32,000 bases of DNA from Actinomycetota bacterium (GTDB lineage Bacteria; Actinomycetota; Actinomycetes; Actinomycetales; Micrococcaceae). Numbering within the stretch: the first letter of the stretch is position 1; the number at the start of each line of letters is the position of its first letter. Positions 1 to 9,001 of the stretch are shown one piece after another. The position numbers and the translations under genes are program-made. The stretch spans positions 2,680 to 34,679 of the forward strand of contig JBKPJW010000162.1 in assembly GCA_046730875.1 (NCBI GenBank). The letters run 5' to 3'. The notes beneath the pieces were generated by a model that saw nothing but the letters and a program-made list of their open reading frames with translations, was not told the DNA's origin and made no database searches.

Positions 1-136
1 CCGAGGGTCGGAGGGTTGCGGCAATATGGGTCCCCGGCAGGAAGAAGAGCCGCTGCCCGAAAAGCCTGGTCACCGAGCGGGCGGCCTCGTCGGCGCGGAC
101 GGACCAGTCGGGGGCGGCGGCGTCAGCTCGGGTCAT
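1..136 (-). CDS. hypothetical protein, N-terminal ~45 codons only (gene runs off the left edge)
   Basis: A minus-strand ATG at 136-134 opens the frame MTRADAAAPDWSVRADEAARSVTRLFGQRLFFLPGTHIAATLRPS. It stays open to position 1 and has G/C-rich third positions. It is too short for the ORF track, I recognise no family, and there is no clear SD. Confidence 0.3.
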   Translation of the reverse strand, partial: MTRADAAAPDWSVRADEAARSVTRLFGQRLFFLPGTHIAATLRPS

Positions 137-237
137 GGCTCAAGCCTAATCGCGGCGACCCGTGCCGACCGCCGGCCCGGCGGCGATCCGGCGGCGACCG
201 CGAAAGGCCGGCCGAACGTGCGGAATGCCAGCATTCC

Positions 238-255
238 AGTTAAGATTCATTAACT
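238..255. promoter_or_regulatory. AT-rich palindrome AGTTAA-N6-TTAACT in a divergent intergenic region (candidate operator)
   Basis: AGTTAA (238-243) and TTAACT (250-255) are perfect reverse complements. They sit in an AT-rich patch of an otherwise GC-rich intergenic region, between the edge gene and the SDR gene. Confidence 0.3.
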
Positions 256-343
256 AATGTTCCCCCGGGCGGCTGCAAGTGCCGCCCGCGTCGAGGCTTC
301 GCGGCCTCTCGGCCGGGGTTCGGTTCCACATCAAGGAGGATGG

Positions 344-1201
344 ATGGACATCAAGGGTACTGTCGCGCTGATCACGGGCGCGGCCTCAGGTCTCGGAGCC
401 GCCACGGCCAGGCGCCTGTTCGACGCCGGCGCGTCGGTGGTGCTCGTTGACCTGCCGGGGTCCGCCGGGGACGCCTTTGCCGCCGAACTGACCGCATCCG
501 CTGCTGCCCCCGCGGCTGGTTCCGCCGGCGGGGACGCGCCGGCCGCTGGCGGAGGCGGGCCGGCCGGGACCGGCCGCACGGCCGTCTTTGTCCCTGCCGA
601 CGTCACCGACGAGGCGCAGGTGCAGGCCGCCGTCGACGCCGCCGCCGCCCTCGGCCCGCTTCGCATCGTGGTGAACTGTGCCGGGATCGCCACCCCGGGC
701 AAGGTTCTGGGCCGCGACGGCGTGCTGCCGCTTGAGAACTTCAACCGCGTCATCCAGGTCAACCTCGTGGGCACCTTCAACGTGATCCGACTCGCCGCGG
801 CCGCGATGGCAGCCACCGAGCCCGCCACCACGGATCTCGGCGGCCCCGAACGCGGTGTCATCATCAACACCGCCTCCGTGGCCGCGTTTGACGGCCAGAT
901 CGGCCAGCCCGCCTATGCCGCCTCCAAGGGGGCCGTGGCAGCCATGACCCTGCCGGTTGCCCGTGAACTCGCGCGCTCGCTGATCCGGGTTGTCACTATC
1001 GCGCCGGGCATCTTCGAGACGCCCATGATGGCCGGGCTGCCGCAGGAAGCCCAGGACTCCCTGGGCCAGCAGGTGCCGCATCCATCCCGGCTGGGCCGAC
1101 CCGCCGAGTACGCCAATCTCGCCGCGCACATTGTGGAGAACGCCATGCTGAACGGCGAGACCATCCGCCTCGACGGCGCCATCCGCATGGGTCCGAAATG
1201 A
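344..1201 (+). CDS. short-chain dehydrogenase/reductase, 3-hydroxyacyl-CoA dehydrogenase type II-like
   Basis: TGAASGLG cofactor motif right after the start [18 protein letters not shown], and a YAASKGAV (YxxxK) catalytic motif. AAGGAGGA SD at 333-340 precedes the ATG at 344; the track ORF start at 257 is probably too far upstream. The stop overlaps the next gene's start (ATGA at 1198-1201). Confidence 0.9.
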   Translation: MDIKGTVALITGAASGLGAATARRLFDAGASVVLVDLPGSAGDAFAAELTASAAAPAAGSAGGDAPAAGGGGPAGTGRTAVFVPADVTDEAQVQAAVDAAAALGPLRIVVNCAGIATPGKVLGRDGVLPLENFNRVIQVNLVGTFNVIRLAAAAMAATEPATTDLGGPERGVIINTASVAAFDGQIGQPAYAASKGAVAAMTLPVARELARSLIRVVTIAPGIFETPMMAGLPQEAQDSLGQQVPHPSRLGRPAEYANLAAHIVENAMLNGETIRLDGAIRMGPK

Positions 1202-2463
1202 CCAGGTCCGATATGACCGGTTCCGGGGTGGCCGGGTCCGGGGTGGCCGCGGCAACCGCACCGCCTGTGGCCGCGTCGCCTGTGGCGGGGCTGCCCGCTG
1301 CCGACTTCTTCGACTACGAATCCCTGCTCAACGCGGCGGAACGGGCGAAGCTGGCCCAGCTGCGGGAGTTTCTGGCTGCCGAGGTCGCCCCGTTCGCCAC
1401 GGAGTGGTGGAACAAGGCCGAATTCCCGGCCCAGATCCTGCCCAAGCTGGCCGCCCTGGAACTGAGCGCCCCCGCCCGGCGCGGCTACAGCAACCTGTTC
1501 GCCGGATTCGTCATCGCCGAGATGACCCGGGTGGACACCTCGCTGGCGACCTTCTTCCTGGTCCACCATGACCTCTTCGTGGAGGCGCTGTACGGCTTCG
1601 GCTCCGAGGAGCAGAAGGCGCGCCTGCTCGACGACGCGGCGAGCCTGCGCACCACCGGCGCCTTCGCCCTCACCGAACCGGAACACGGCTCGGACGTCGC
1701 CGGCGGCATGGAAACCCGGGCCCGGCGTGTTCCCGGCGGGACGGCCGACGGCGGCCAGGCCTGGGTGCTCAACGGCGCCAAGCGCTGGATCGGCAACGGG
1801 ACGTTTTGTGACTACATGCTCGTCTGGGCCCGGGACGAGGCCGACGGAGCTATCCGCGGCTTCATCGTCGACGCGACCCTGCCGGGCGTGAGCAGGAGCA
1901 GGATCGAAAACAAAATCGCGCTGCGCACGGTGCAGAACGCGGACATCGTCTTCACCGACGTTCGCGTGGCCGAGACGGACCGATTCGCCGGCATCAGCAG
2001 TTTCGAGGACACCAACGAGCTCCTGCGCGGCTCACGGATCATGGTGGCCTGGCAGGGCGTGGGCCAGCAGCTCGCGGCGTTCGACGTCGCCCGGCAGTAC
2101 GCCGTCGAACGCCAGCAGTTCGGCCGTCCGCTGGCGAAGTTCCAGCTCGTCCAGCAGCAGCTGGTGACCATGCTCGGCAACGCCGTGGCGAGCATGGGCA
2201 TGATGGTCCGGATCGCTCAGCTGCAGGAGCAGGGCGCCGCGGACATGCCGCAGGTGGCCCTGGCAAAGTCCTATGTCAGCGCCCGGATGCGTGAAACTGT
2301 GGCGATAGGCCGGTCGCTGCTGGGCGGCAACGGGATCGTCACCGACTACCGGATGGCGAAGATCTTCTCCGACGCCGAGGCGATCTACACCTACGAGGGC
2401 TCGTTCGAGATCAACACGCTGATTGCAGGGCGCGCCGTCACCGGAGTATCCGCGATCGTCTAG
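1198..2463 (+). CDS. acyl-CoA dehydrogenase (glutaryl-CoA dehydrogenase-like)
   Basis: 421-aa ORF with typical ACAD layout, including [18 protein letters not shown] and a C-terminal [10 protein letters not shown] catalytic-Glu region. It is translationally coupled to the upstream SDR. The exact start (1198 or 1213) is uncertain. Confidence 0.9.
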   Translation: MTRSDMTGSGVAGSGVAAATAPPVAASPVAGLPAADFFDYESLLNAAERAKLAQLREFLAAEVAPFATEWWNKAEFPAQILPKLAALELSAPARRGYSNLFAGFVIAEMTRVDTSLATFFLVHHDLFVEALYGFGSEEQKARLLDDAASLRTTGAFALTEPEHGSDVAGGMETRARRVPGGTADGGQAWVLNGAKRWIGNGTFCDYMLVWARDEADGAIRGFIVDATLPGVSRSRIENKIALRTVQNADIVFTDVRVAETDRFAGISSFEDTNELLRGSRIMVAWQGVGQQLAAFDVARQYAVERQQFGRPLAKFQLVQQQLVTMLGNAVASMGMMVRIAQLQEQGAADMPQVALAKSYVSARMRETVAIGRSLLGGNGIVTDYRMAKIFSDAEAIYTYEGSFEINTLIAGRAVTGVSAIV

Positions 2464-2485
2464 AAGACCGTCCAGAAGAGGCTGT

Positions 2486-3358
2486 CTAAAAGAGGCCGGG
2501 TTCCTTCTCGCCGGCCGTAATCCGGTAGTCCAGGCTGTTGTTCTTCACCGGCATGGGGCAGGTGCCGTACGGGGTGAAGGCGCTGGGGTAATTGATGGCC
2601 CGGTTGAAGTCCAGCACCACGGTGCCGTCAGGACGGGGTCTCGCCGTAGAGACCTTCCGCCACTCATCCGTTGAGTCCCCGTTGGTCTCGTCGTGGAACG
2701 TGACCGTCAACGCGCCGAGCTTCTCCTCTTCGGCCTGCAGATGGAACTCATGGTCCGAGCCGGGCAGGCGGAAGACCAGCTCGCCGACCGAGCGGTGGAC
2801 CCCGTCCACCAGCGGGTTTGCGGTGCCGATCGGCACGTCGACGGGCTCGGAATAGGGCACGAAGCGGGCCTCGACTGCCAGGTCCGGGCGGAAATCGAAC
2901 GTGGGCACGCCGTCGAACTCAGTGAACGCCGGTGACTGGGAGTCCCGCGTGCGGATGGCGTACCTGTCCGCGCGCATGGCGAGTTCCACCACCACCTGAC
3001 GGCCGTCGTCGCCGCCGTACTGCACCCACATGAGTGACTCCTCGTCGGCGAGGACCGCGCTGACGGTCCCGTCCACGGGTTCGCCGGTTTCCACGAGGGT
3101 CAGGCCGTCGGACGCGGCGGCGGTAAGGAACGCTGCCGTGCCGTCAGTGGACCAGAGGCCCGGGGCGAGTTCGACGGCTGCCGGCCGGTCCTCGAGCCAC
3201 TGGAAGGAGGTCAGGGTCAGCCAGCCGTAGGCGCTCGCGAGGGCTGCGTTGCGGCTGTTCCGGAACCGCTGCCAGCGGGCCAGCTGCGGGTCCGTCGCAG
3301 AATCAATTGTGGGATTCGAGCCAGGCCCGGTTTCAGGAGCGGTCATGGGCACCTCCAA
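2486..3358 (-). CDS. DUF1684-like protein
   Basis: 290-aa ORF. The C-terminal NYPSAFTPYGTCPMPVKNNSLDYRITAGEK matches my memory of the conserved DUF1684 C-terminus (aromatic-x-CP-x-PP-x-N-x-L...AGEK). GGAGGTG SD lies upstream of the ATG at 3358. Confidence 0.75.
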   Translation of the reverse strand: MEVPMTAPETGPGSNPTIDSATDPQLARWQRFRNSRNAALASAYGWLTLTSFQWLEDRPAAVELAPGLWSTDGTAAFLTAAASDGLTLVETGEPVDGTVSAVLADEESLMWVQYGGDDGRQVVVELAMRADRYAIRTRDSQSPAFTEFDGVPTFDFRPDLAVEARFVPYSEPVDVPIGTANPLVDGVHRSVGELVFRLPGSDHEFHLQAEEEKLGALTVTFHDETNGDSTDEWRKVSTARPRPDGTVVLDFNRAINYPSAFTPYGTCPMPVKNNSLDYRITAGEKEPGLF

Positions 3359-3367
3359 GGGGTATCA

Positions 3368-3436
3368 GCCCAACTAGCTCGCAGCAGGGGCCGTTTTGAA
3401 GCCTCAGAACGGCCCCTGCTGCCAGTCAGTTGGGGG
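3368..3436. repeat. palindromic hairpin element, copy A (likely terminator of the TetR gene)
   Basis: GCAGCAGGGGCCGTT (3381-3395) pairs with AACGGCCCCTGCTGC (3408-3422). The whole 68-nt stretch aligns with 4893-4960 at 54/68 identity and an exact offset of 1524 nt. It overlaps the TetR stop codon. Confidence 0.65.
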
Positions 3437-4043
3437 TGGGTGGAAATCTGAGGCTCGCCGCCACCAGTTGGGCGGCGGTGGCCTTGGCGGCGGCGGCCGC
3501 GTCCGGGTCGCCGTCGAGCACCCCGCTGGCCAGGCCGCCGTCGAGCAACAGGGTCAGGCTGCGGGCGAGTTGGTCCGGATCGTGTGCTCGGGCGCGGGCG
3601 GCCAGCTCACGGATCCAGGCGCGGATCTGCTGCTTGTGGGCGACGGTCCGGTCGTGGACTCGGGTGCCCGCGGCTGATTCGGCAGCCGCATTGATGAAGG
3701 CGCAGCCGCGGTAGCCGTCCCGCCGGCAGGCGGTGGTCAGGGCGTCGAACAAGCCTACGAGCTGTGCGGCGGGGTCTTGGCCGGCAGCGTCGGCGGCGGC
3801 GTGAAGCTGCCCGGTCCAGACGCCGTCGACCTTTTCCAGATAGGCGAGAATGAGGTCATCCTTCGCCGGGAAGTACTTGTAGAACGTGGCTTTCGCGACG
3901 CCGGACTCGGTGATGATGGTATCGATGCCGGCGGCCCGGAATCCGTGCGCGTAAAAGAGCCGGAAGGCCGTGGCCAGGATCTTCTCCCTGGCGGGCCCGG
4001 CGGAGGAGCGGGCAACCGGCGGTGCGGCTGCTGGCAGCGTCAT
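3426..4043 (-). CDS. TetR family transcriptional regulator
   Basis: The last 205 codons of the 483-aa track ORF begin MTLPAAAPPVARSSAGPAREKILATAFRLFYAHGFRAAGIDTIITESGVAKATFYKYFPAKDDL, a classic TetR N-terminal HTH. The upstream part of the track ORF is antisense to the oxidoreductase gene. An alternative ATG lies at 4052. Confidence 0.9.
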   Translation of the reverse strand: MTLPAAAPPVARSSAGPAREKILATAFRLFYAHGFRAAGIDTIITESGVAKATFYKYFPAKDDLILAYLEKVDGVWTGQLHAAADAAGQDPAAQLVGLFDALTTACRRDGYRGCAFINAAAESAAGTRVHDRTVAHKQQIRAWIRELAARARAHDPDQLARSLTLLLDGGLASGVLDGDPDAAAAAKATAAQLVAASLRFPPTPN

Positions 4044-4054
4044 GAAAACCATCG

Positions 4055-4166
4055 TACACAGACAAGTCTGTCTAGGCCCGGCGCCCTGGCGTCCGCCCAA
4101 TGCCTTGTTGTCGCCAAGTCCGTTTGATAGCGTCATCCTCAGGGGTAGACGAATCTGTCTACCCCT
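4055..4166. promoter_or_regulatory. divergent promoter region with two related palindromes (candidate TetR operators)
   Basis: TACACAGAC-AA-GTCTGTCTA at 4055-4074 has 9-bp arms with 1 mismatch. AGGGGTAGAC-GAATCT-GTCTACCCCT at 4141-4166 has perfect 10-bp arms. Both contain TCTGTCTA. Confidence 0.5.
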
Positions 4167-4209
4167 GAATTTTCGAGGTGAGCTCCTGGTGGGCGGAACA
4201 GAGGATGCC

Positions 4210-4890
4210 ATGAAGGTAGCAGTACTGGGAACCGGGATGGCGGGGCGGGCGATTGCCGGCGCTCTCGCGGGCTTGGGGCACGACGTTGTGATCGGCACCC
4301 GCGACCCGAAGGCCACGCTCGCCCGGACCGAGCCGGACAGGATGGGCACCCCGCCGCTCGCCCAATGGCACGCCGCGAATCCCGAAATCGGCCTCGCCGC
4401 CTTTGCCGACGCCGCGGCCGGCGCCGAGCTGGTGGTCAACGCCACCAACGGCAACGGCTCATTGGCCGCGTTGGCCGCCGCGGGCACGGGGAATCTCGCC
4501 GGCAAAGTCATCATGGACGTTGCCAATCCGCTGGATTTCTCGCGGGGCATGCCGCCGTCGCTGAACCCGGTGAACACGGACAGCCTCGGCGAGGAGATCC
4601 AGCGGGCCTTCCCCGAGGCGCATGTGGTGAAAACCCTGAACACCATGACGGCGTCCGTGATGGTGAACCCGGCGAGCGTGGCCGGCGGAGACCATACGGT
4701 ATTCGTCTCCGGGGACGACCCCGATGCCAAAGCGGCCGTGACGGAACTGCTCAAAGCCTTCGGCCACCGCGACGTGATCGACCTCGGCGACATCACCACT
4801 GCCCGCGGCGCGGAAATGATGCTGCCGATCTGGCTCCGGCTCTGGGGCGCGCTGGGCACCGGCGAGTTCAATTTCAAGATCGCGCGCTGA
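4210..4890 (+). CDS. NAD(P)-binding oxidoreductase of the F420-dependent NADP oxidoreductase / NADPH-F420 reductase-like family
   Basis: MKVAVLGTGMAGRAIAGALAGLGHDVVIGTRDP Rossmann GxGxxG start, about 226 aa, AGAGGA SD upstream of the ATG at 4210. It is divergent from the TetR gene. Confidence 0.85.
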   Translation: MKVAVLGTGMAGRAIAGALAGLGHDVVIGTRDPKATLARTEPDRMGTPPLAQWHAANPEIGLAAFADAAAGAELVVNATNGNGSLAALAAAGTGNLAGKVIMDVANPLDFSRGMPPSLNPVNTDSLGEEIQRAFPEAHVVKTLNTMTASVMVNPASVAGGDHTVFVSGDDPDAKAAVTELLKAFGHRDVIDLGDITTARGAEMMLPIWLRLWGALGTGEFNFKIAR

Positions 4891-4892
4891 AA

Positions 4893-4960
4893 CCTAACTG
4901 ACTGGCAGCTGAGGCCGTTCTGGACGTCCAGAACGGCCTCAGCTGCCAGTCAGTTGGGGG
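4893..4960. repeat. palindromic hairpin element, copy B (terminator after the oxidoreductase gene)
   Basis: Perfect 58-nt palindrome at 4897-4954 (ACTGACTGGCAGCTGAGGCCGTTCTGGACG / CGTCCAGAACGGCCTCAGCTGCCAGTCAGT). It shares CAGAACGGCC..GCTGCCAGTCAGTTGGGGG with copy A. Confidence 0.7.
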
Positions 4961-5121
4961 GCCGGGGGCCGGGGCGGAGCGGCGTGGTGCGGCCCGACAC
5001 TATCTGAGACGGAGTTCCGGCCGGCGGTGCCTGCGGGTAACATCCCATGGGAAGAAGTAATCAGGCTCACAGTATCCAGCGCAGTGTACGAGCCACGTCG
5101 AACCCTCGAAAGATAGTTTCC

Positions 5122-7941
5122 ATGGCTGACACTGCAATGCATTCCGACACCGATCTCGCCGCCGAACTCCGGGCTGATGTCCGCCGCGTTTCCACCCTCC
5201 TCGGCGAATCCCTGGTCCGTCAGCACGGGCCGGAACTGCTCGACCTGGTCGAACAGGTGCGCCTCCTGACCAAGGAATCCAAGGAGGCCGCCCGCGGCGG
5301 CGCCGACGCTACCGGGCCGTGGAGCTCGTACGACGTCGTCGCCCAGGTCCGCGAGCTGCTTGGCTCCCTGCCGCTTGACCAGGCCACCGACCTGGTCCGC
5401 GCCTTCGCGTTCTACTTCCACCTGGCGAACGCCGCCGAGCAGGTCCACCGGGTCCGCGGGCTGCGTACCCGGCAGGAGAAGGACGGCTGGCTCGCCAAAG
5501 CCGTGGAGGAGATCGCGGACCAGGCCGGTAACTCCGTGCTCCAGGAAGTCATCAACGAGCTCGATGTCCGTCCGATCTTCACGGCGCACCCCACCGAAGC
5601 CTCCCGCCGCTCTGTGTTGGACAAGATCCGCCGGCTCTCGGACATCCTGTCCGAATCCACCGTGGAGGGCACTTCCGCGCGTCGCCGCCAGGATCGTCAG
5701 CTGTCCGAAGTGATCGACCAGATGTGGCAGACGGACGAACTGCGTAAGGTGCGGCCCACCCCCGTGGACGAGGCCCGGAACGCCATCTATTACCTCACCG
5801 GCATCCTCAGCGACGCCATGCCGGAAATGCTCTCGGATCTCTCCGAGCTGCTCGCGGAGCATGGCGTCACGCTGCCGCCGCTGAAGGCCCCGATCCGCTT
5901 CGGCTCTTGGATCGGCGGAGACCGGGACGGCAACCCCAACGTCACCGCCGCCGTCACCCGGGAGATCCTCCAGATCCAGAACCAGCACGCCGTTCGGATC
6001 AGCATCGGCCTGATTGATGGACTGATCTCCATCCTGTCCAACTCCACCGCGCTGGCGGGGGCGGACCAGGAACTCCTGGATTCGATCGATGTCGACCTCA
6101 AGAACCTGCCCGGCCTGGATCGCCGCGTCCTCGAGCTGAACGCGCAGGAGCCCTACCGGCTCAAACTCACCTGCATCAAAGCCAAACTGATCAACACCGG
6201 CCGGCGCGTCGGCGCCGGATCCGCGCATGAACCCGGCCGCGACTACACCGCCACCGCGGAGCTGCTCTCCGAGCTCGGCCTGCTGGAACAGTCGCTCCGG
6301 AACCACCACGCGGGCCTTGCTGCCGACGGCGCCCTGTCCCGGGTCCGCCGCGCCATCGCCTCCTTTGGGCTGCACCTGGCCACCCTCGACATCCGCGAGC
6401 ACGCCGATCACCACCACGACGCCGTCGGGCAGCTCATGGATCGCCTGGGCGGCCCCGGTGTCCGGTACGCGGAACTCAGCCGCGCCGAGCGGCTCGAAGT
6501 GCTGGGGTCCGAACTTGCCTCCCGTCGTCCGCTCTCCGGCCACCCGATCAAGCTCGACGGCGTCGCTGACGGCACGTACGACGTCTTCCGGGAGATCCGG
6601 CGCGCCCTGCGCACCTACGGCCCCGACGTGATCGAGACCTACATCATCTCCATGACCCGCGGCGCGGACGATGTCCTGGCCGCGGCCGTGCTGGCCCGCG
6701 AGGCTGGTCTGGTCAGCCTCTTCGGCGAGGCGCCCTACGCCAAGATCGGCTTCGCCCCGCTGCTGGAGACCGTGGACGAGCTGCGCGCCTCGGCCGAAAT
6801 CGTGGACCAGCTGCTTTCGGATTCGTCCTACCGCGAACTGGTGCGGCTGCGCGGTGATGTGCAGGAGATCATGCTCGGCTACTCGGACTCCAACAAGGAA
6901 TCCGGCGTCATGACGAGCCAGTGGGAAATCTATAAGACCCAGCGCAAGCTTCGGGACGTTGCCGCGAAGCACGGCGTCCGGGTGCGGCTTTTCCATGGCC
7001 GCGGCGGCTCCGTGGGCCGCGGCGGCGGACCCACCTACGATGCCATCATGGCCCAGCCCAACGGCGTGCTCGAGGGCGAGATCAAGTTCACCGAGCAGGG
7101 CGAGGTCATCTCGGACAAGTACTCCCTGCCGGAGCTGGCCCGGGAGAACCTCGAGCTCTCACTCGCCGCGGTGCTGCAGGGCTCGGCGCTGCACCGGGCG
7201 CCGCGGACCTCGGAGGACCAGCGCGTACGCTACGGGCACGTCATGGAAACCGTCTCCGACGCCGCGTTTGCCCGGTACCGCACGCTGATTGAAGACCCGG
7301 ACCTGCCCGCCTACTTCATGGCCTCTACCCCCGTGGAGCAGCTGGGATCCCTGAACATCGGATCCCGTCCGTCCAAACGGCCCGATTCCGGCGCCGGACT
7401 TGAGGGCCTGCGGGCTATCCCGTGGGTGTTCGGCTGGACGCAGTCACGCCAGATCGTTCCCGGCTGGTTCGGCGTGGGCTCCGGCCTCAAGGCCGCGCGT
7501 GAGGCCGGAAACTCGGCCCAGCTCAAGGAGATGATCGAGGGCTGGCACTTCTTCCGGTCGGTGCTCTCCAACGTTGAGATGACGCTGGCGAAGACGGACA
7601 TGGACATTGCCGGCTACTACGTCTCCACCCTGGTGCCCGAGGAACTGCACCACCTGTTCCGCGCCATCCGGGCGGAGTACGAGCTCACGGTCGAGGAAAT
7701 CCAGAACCTTACCGGCGAGCACGTCATCCTCGACGCCCAGCCCACCCTGAAGCGCTCCCTTGAAATTCGGGACCAGTACCTGGATCCGATCAGCTACCTG
7801 CAGGTGGAACTTCTGCGCCGGGTCCGGGCGGAGGCCACGGCGGGGGCAAGCATCTCCGGCGGCGAGATCGACGAGCGACTCCAGCGCGCCATGCTGATCA
7901 CGGTCAACGGAGTCGCGGCCGGACTGCGCAACACCGGCTAG
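5122..7941 (+). CDS. ppc: phosphoenolpyruvate carboxylase
   Basis: Contains [33 protein letters not shown] and the C-terminal LRNTG. The start is set at MADTAMHSD (ATG 5122) rather than the track start at 5047. Confidence 0.95.
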   Translation: MADTAMHSDTDLAAELRADVRRVSTLLGESLVRQHGPELLDLVEQVRLLTKESKEAARGGADATGPWSSYDVVAQVRELLGSLPLDQATDLVRAFAFYFHLANAAEQVHRVRGLRTRQEKDGWLAKAVEEIADQAGNSVLQEVINELDVRPIFTAHPTEASRRSVLDKIRRLSDILSESTVEGTSARRRQDRQLSEVIDQMWQTDELRKVRPTPVDEARNAIYYLTGILSDAMPEMLSDLSELLAEHGVTLPPLKAPIRFGSWIGGDRDGNPNVTAAVTREILQIQNQHAVRISIGLIDGLISILSNSTALAGADQELLDSIDVDLKNLPGLDRRVLELNAQEPYRLKLTCIKAKLINTGRRVGAGSAHEPGRDYTATAELLSELGLLEQSLRNHHAGLAADGALSRVRRAIASFGLHLATLDIREHADHHHDAVGQLMDRLGGPGVRYAELSRAERLEVLGSELASRRPLSGHPIKLDGVADGTYDVFREIRRALRTYGPDVIETYIISMTRGADDVLAAAVLAREAGLVSLFGEAPYAKIGFAPLLETVDELRASAEIVDQLLSDSSYRELVRLRGDVQEIMLGYSDSNKESGVMTSQWEIYKTQRKLRDVAAKHGVRVRLFHGRGGSVGRGGGPTYDAIMAQPNGVLEGEIKFTEQGEVISDKYSLPELARENLELSLAAVLQGSALHRAPRTSEDQRVRYGHVMETVSDAAFARYRTLIEDPDLPAYFMASTPVEQLGSLNIGSRPSKRPDSGAGLEGLRAIPWVFGWTQSRQIVPGWFGVGSGLKAAREAGNSAQLKEMIEGWHFFRSVLSNVEMTLAKTDMDIAGYYVSTLVPEELHHLFRAIRAEYELTVEEIQNLTGEHVILDAQPTLKRSLEIRDQYLDPISYLQVELLRRVRAEATAGASISGGEIDERLQRAMLITVNGVAAGLRNTG

Positions 7942-8028
7942 CCCTGAACTGGGCCCGGCAGACTTCCCGCCGGTCTCGCAACTGTTCCGGCCATAGGCAC
8001 GGCGGGCCCCCAGCCGTATGATGCGGCC

Positions 8029-8658
8029 ATGAAAGCGAACGTCGGCGTGGTTGGAGTAGCGGCCCTTGTTATGTTCGCTTTGGCCTCGTGCGGGACGAGG
8101 CCGGCGTCGACCGATACAGCCGCCGCGCCGGCGTCGGGCGTTGTAGCGCCAGGCAAGGGTGCGGCGCCGTGTCACGGCGCCTACCTTTCTAATGTCGACA
8201 CACGTCTCCCGGGAGAGTCAACGCCGGAAGCGGCTGCTGTGGCCTGGTCCAAGTCGGTACTCGCGCCTTCGGGCGCCCCAACCGAGGGATGGGACCCGAT
8301 CGACGACCGGACCCTGGGCAGTGGTGACTGGATCGTCCGTGTAGTTCATGTCTCTGGTGACGGTTGGCATGTTGACGGCCTTGGGTGTGGAGCGGCGCCG
8401 TGCCACGGCGCCTACGTCGCCGACGTCGACACAAGTGTCCCGGGAGAGCCGACACCTGAAGCGGCGGCCCTGGCGTGGGCAGAGTCGGGAGCCGCGCCTG
8501 CCGGCGCCCCGACCGAGGGATGGAAAGCTGTCGATGACCGGGACGAGCCGGGTGGTTTGCCAAAGGCACGCAGCGGTGACTGGACCGTCGGTGTAACCCC
8601 TACCATCCCGGGCGGCTGGGTAGTCTCGGGCCTCGGGTGCGAAGTCACGCGCAGCTAG
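8029..8658 (+). CDS. putative lipoprotein with two tandem ~80-aa repeats
   Basis: Signal peptide plus lipobox (MKANVGVVGVAALVMFALASCG). Residues 44-120 and 121-204 are clear paralogous repeats (GAAPCHGAY...PTEGW...GDW...GLGC). TATGAT at 8017-8022 ends 7 nt before the ATG with no SD, so the mRNA may be leaderless. Confidence 0.75.
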   Translation: MKANVGVVGVAALVMFALASCGTRPASTDTAAAPASGVVAPGKGAAPCHGAYLSNVDTRLPGESTPEAAAVAWSKSVLAPSGAPTEGWDPIDDRTLGSGDWIVRVVHVSGDGWHVDGLGCGAAPCHGAYVADVDTSVPGEPTPEAAALAWAESGAAPAGAPTEGWKAVDDRDEPGGLPKARSGDWTVGVTPTIPGGWVVSGLGCEVTRS

Positions 8659-8878
8659 CTCTCTCCAGTTCTTCCGCCTCGGACTCGACGAGGGCCCGGT
8701 CATCCGCAAGCCGTTCGAATCAGCGCACTCTCGTTCCTCTTTCACCCGCATTGGGTGAAGACCGCCCCCAGCTGGAAGCGTTAGCTTGGAGAACATTCTG
8801 ATTGACCAGCCTCTATCCCTTGTGAGACCTCACTAAAGGCTGCCGCCGTCCAGCGGACGGCCAGCGGAAGGAGAAGGG

Positions 8879-9001
8879 ATGCTCGACTGTTATCACGGGC
8901 GCACTGAACCCAGTCTCTCCGTCCTCTCGGCGCCTCCGTTTGCTCGCGGGCCGTCTTCCGGGCGGACCATGGCTGAGTCCGCGGCGGGATGCCGGCAATG
9001 A
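8879..9001 (+). CDS. candidate 40-codon upstream ORF coupled to the ClC gene
   Basis: GGAAGGAG SD at 8865-8872, ATG at 8879, product MLDCYHGRTEPSLSVLSAPPFARGPSSGRTMAESAAGCRQ. Its TGA at 8999-9001 overlaps the in-frame ClC ATG at 8998 (ATGA). It is below the ORF-track size cutoff and I recognise no homology. Confidence 0.3.
   Translation: MLDCYHGRTEPSLSVLSAPPFARGPSSGRTMAESAAGCRQ

Noticed and set aside
3426-4877. 483-aa minus-strand ORF taken at face value
   Set aside because: Only the last 205 codons (the TetR protein) are credible. The upstream 278 codons are antisense to the well-supported oxidoreductase gene and cross the operator-containing intergenic region.
4939-6996. 685-aa minus-strand ORF
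   Set aside because: It lies entirely antisense to the ppc gene, whose catalytic motifs are unambiguous. Its product is Gly/Arg/Asp/Val-rich with no recognisable motifs. This is a typical high-GC mirror ORF.
8659-8988. Possible fluoride (crcB-motif) riboswitch upstream of the ClC gene
   Set aside because: I could not find the conserved GGCGATGG...AACCGCC...GGCTGATGATGCCTAC-type pattern. The adjacent gadB argues for a chloride/proton ClC in acid resistance rather than a CLC-F fluoride exporter.
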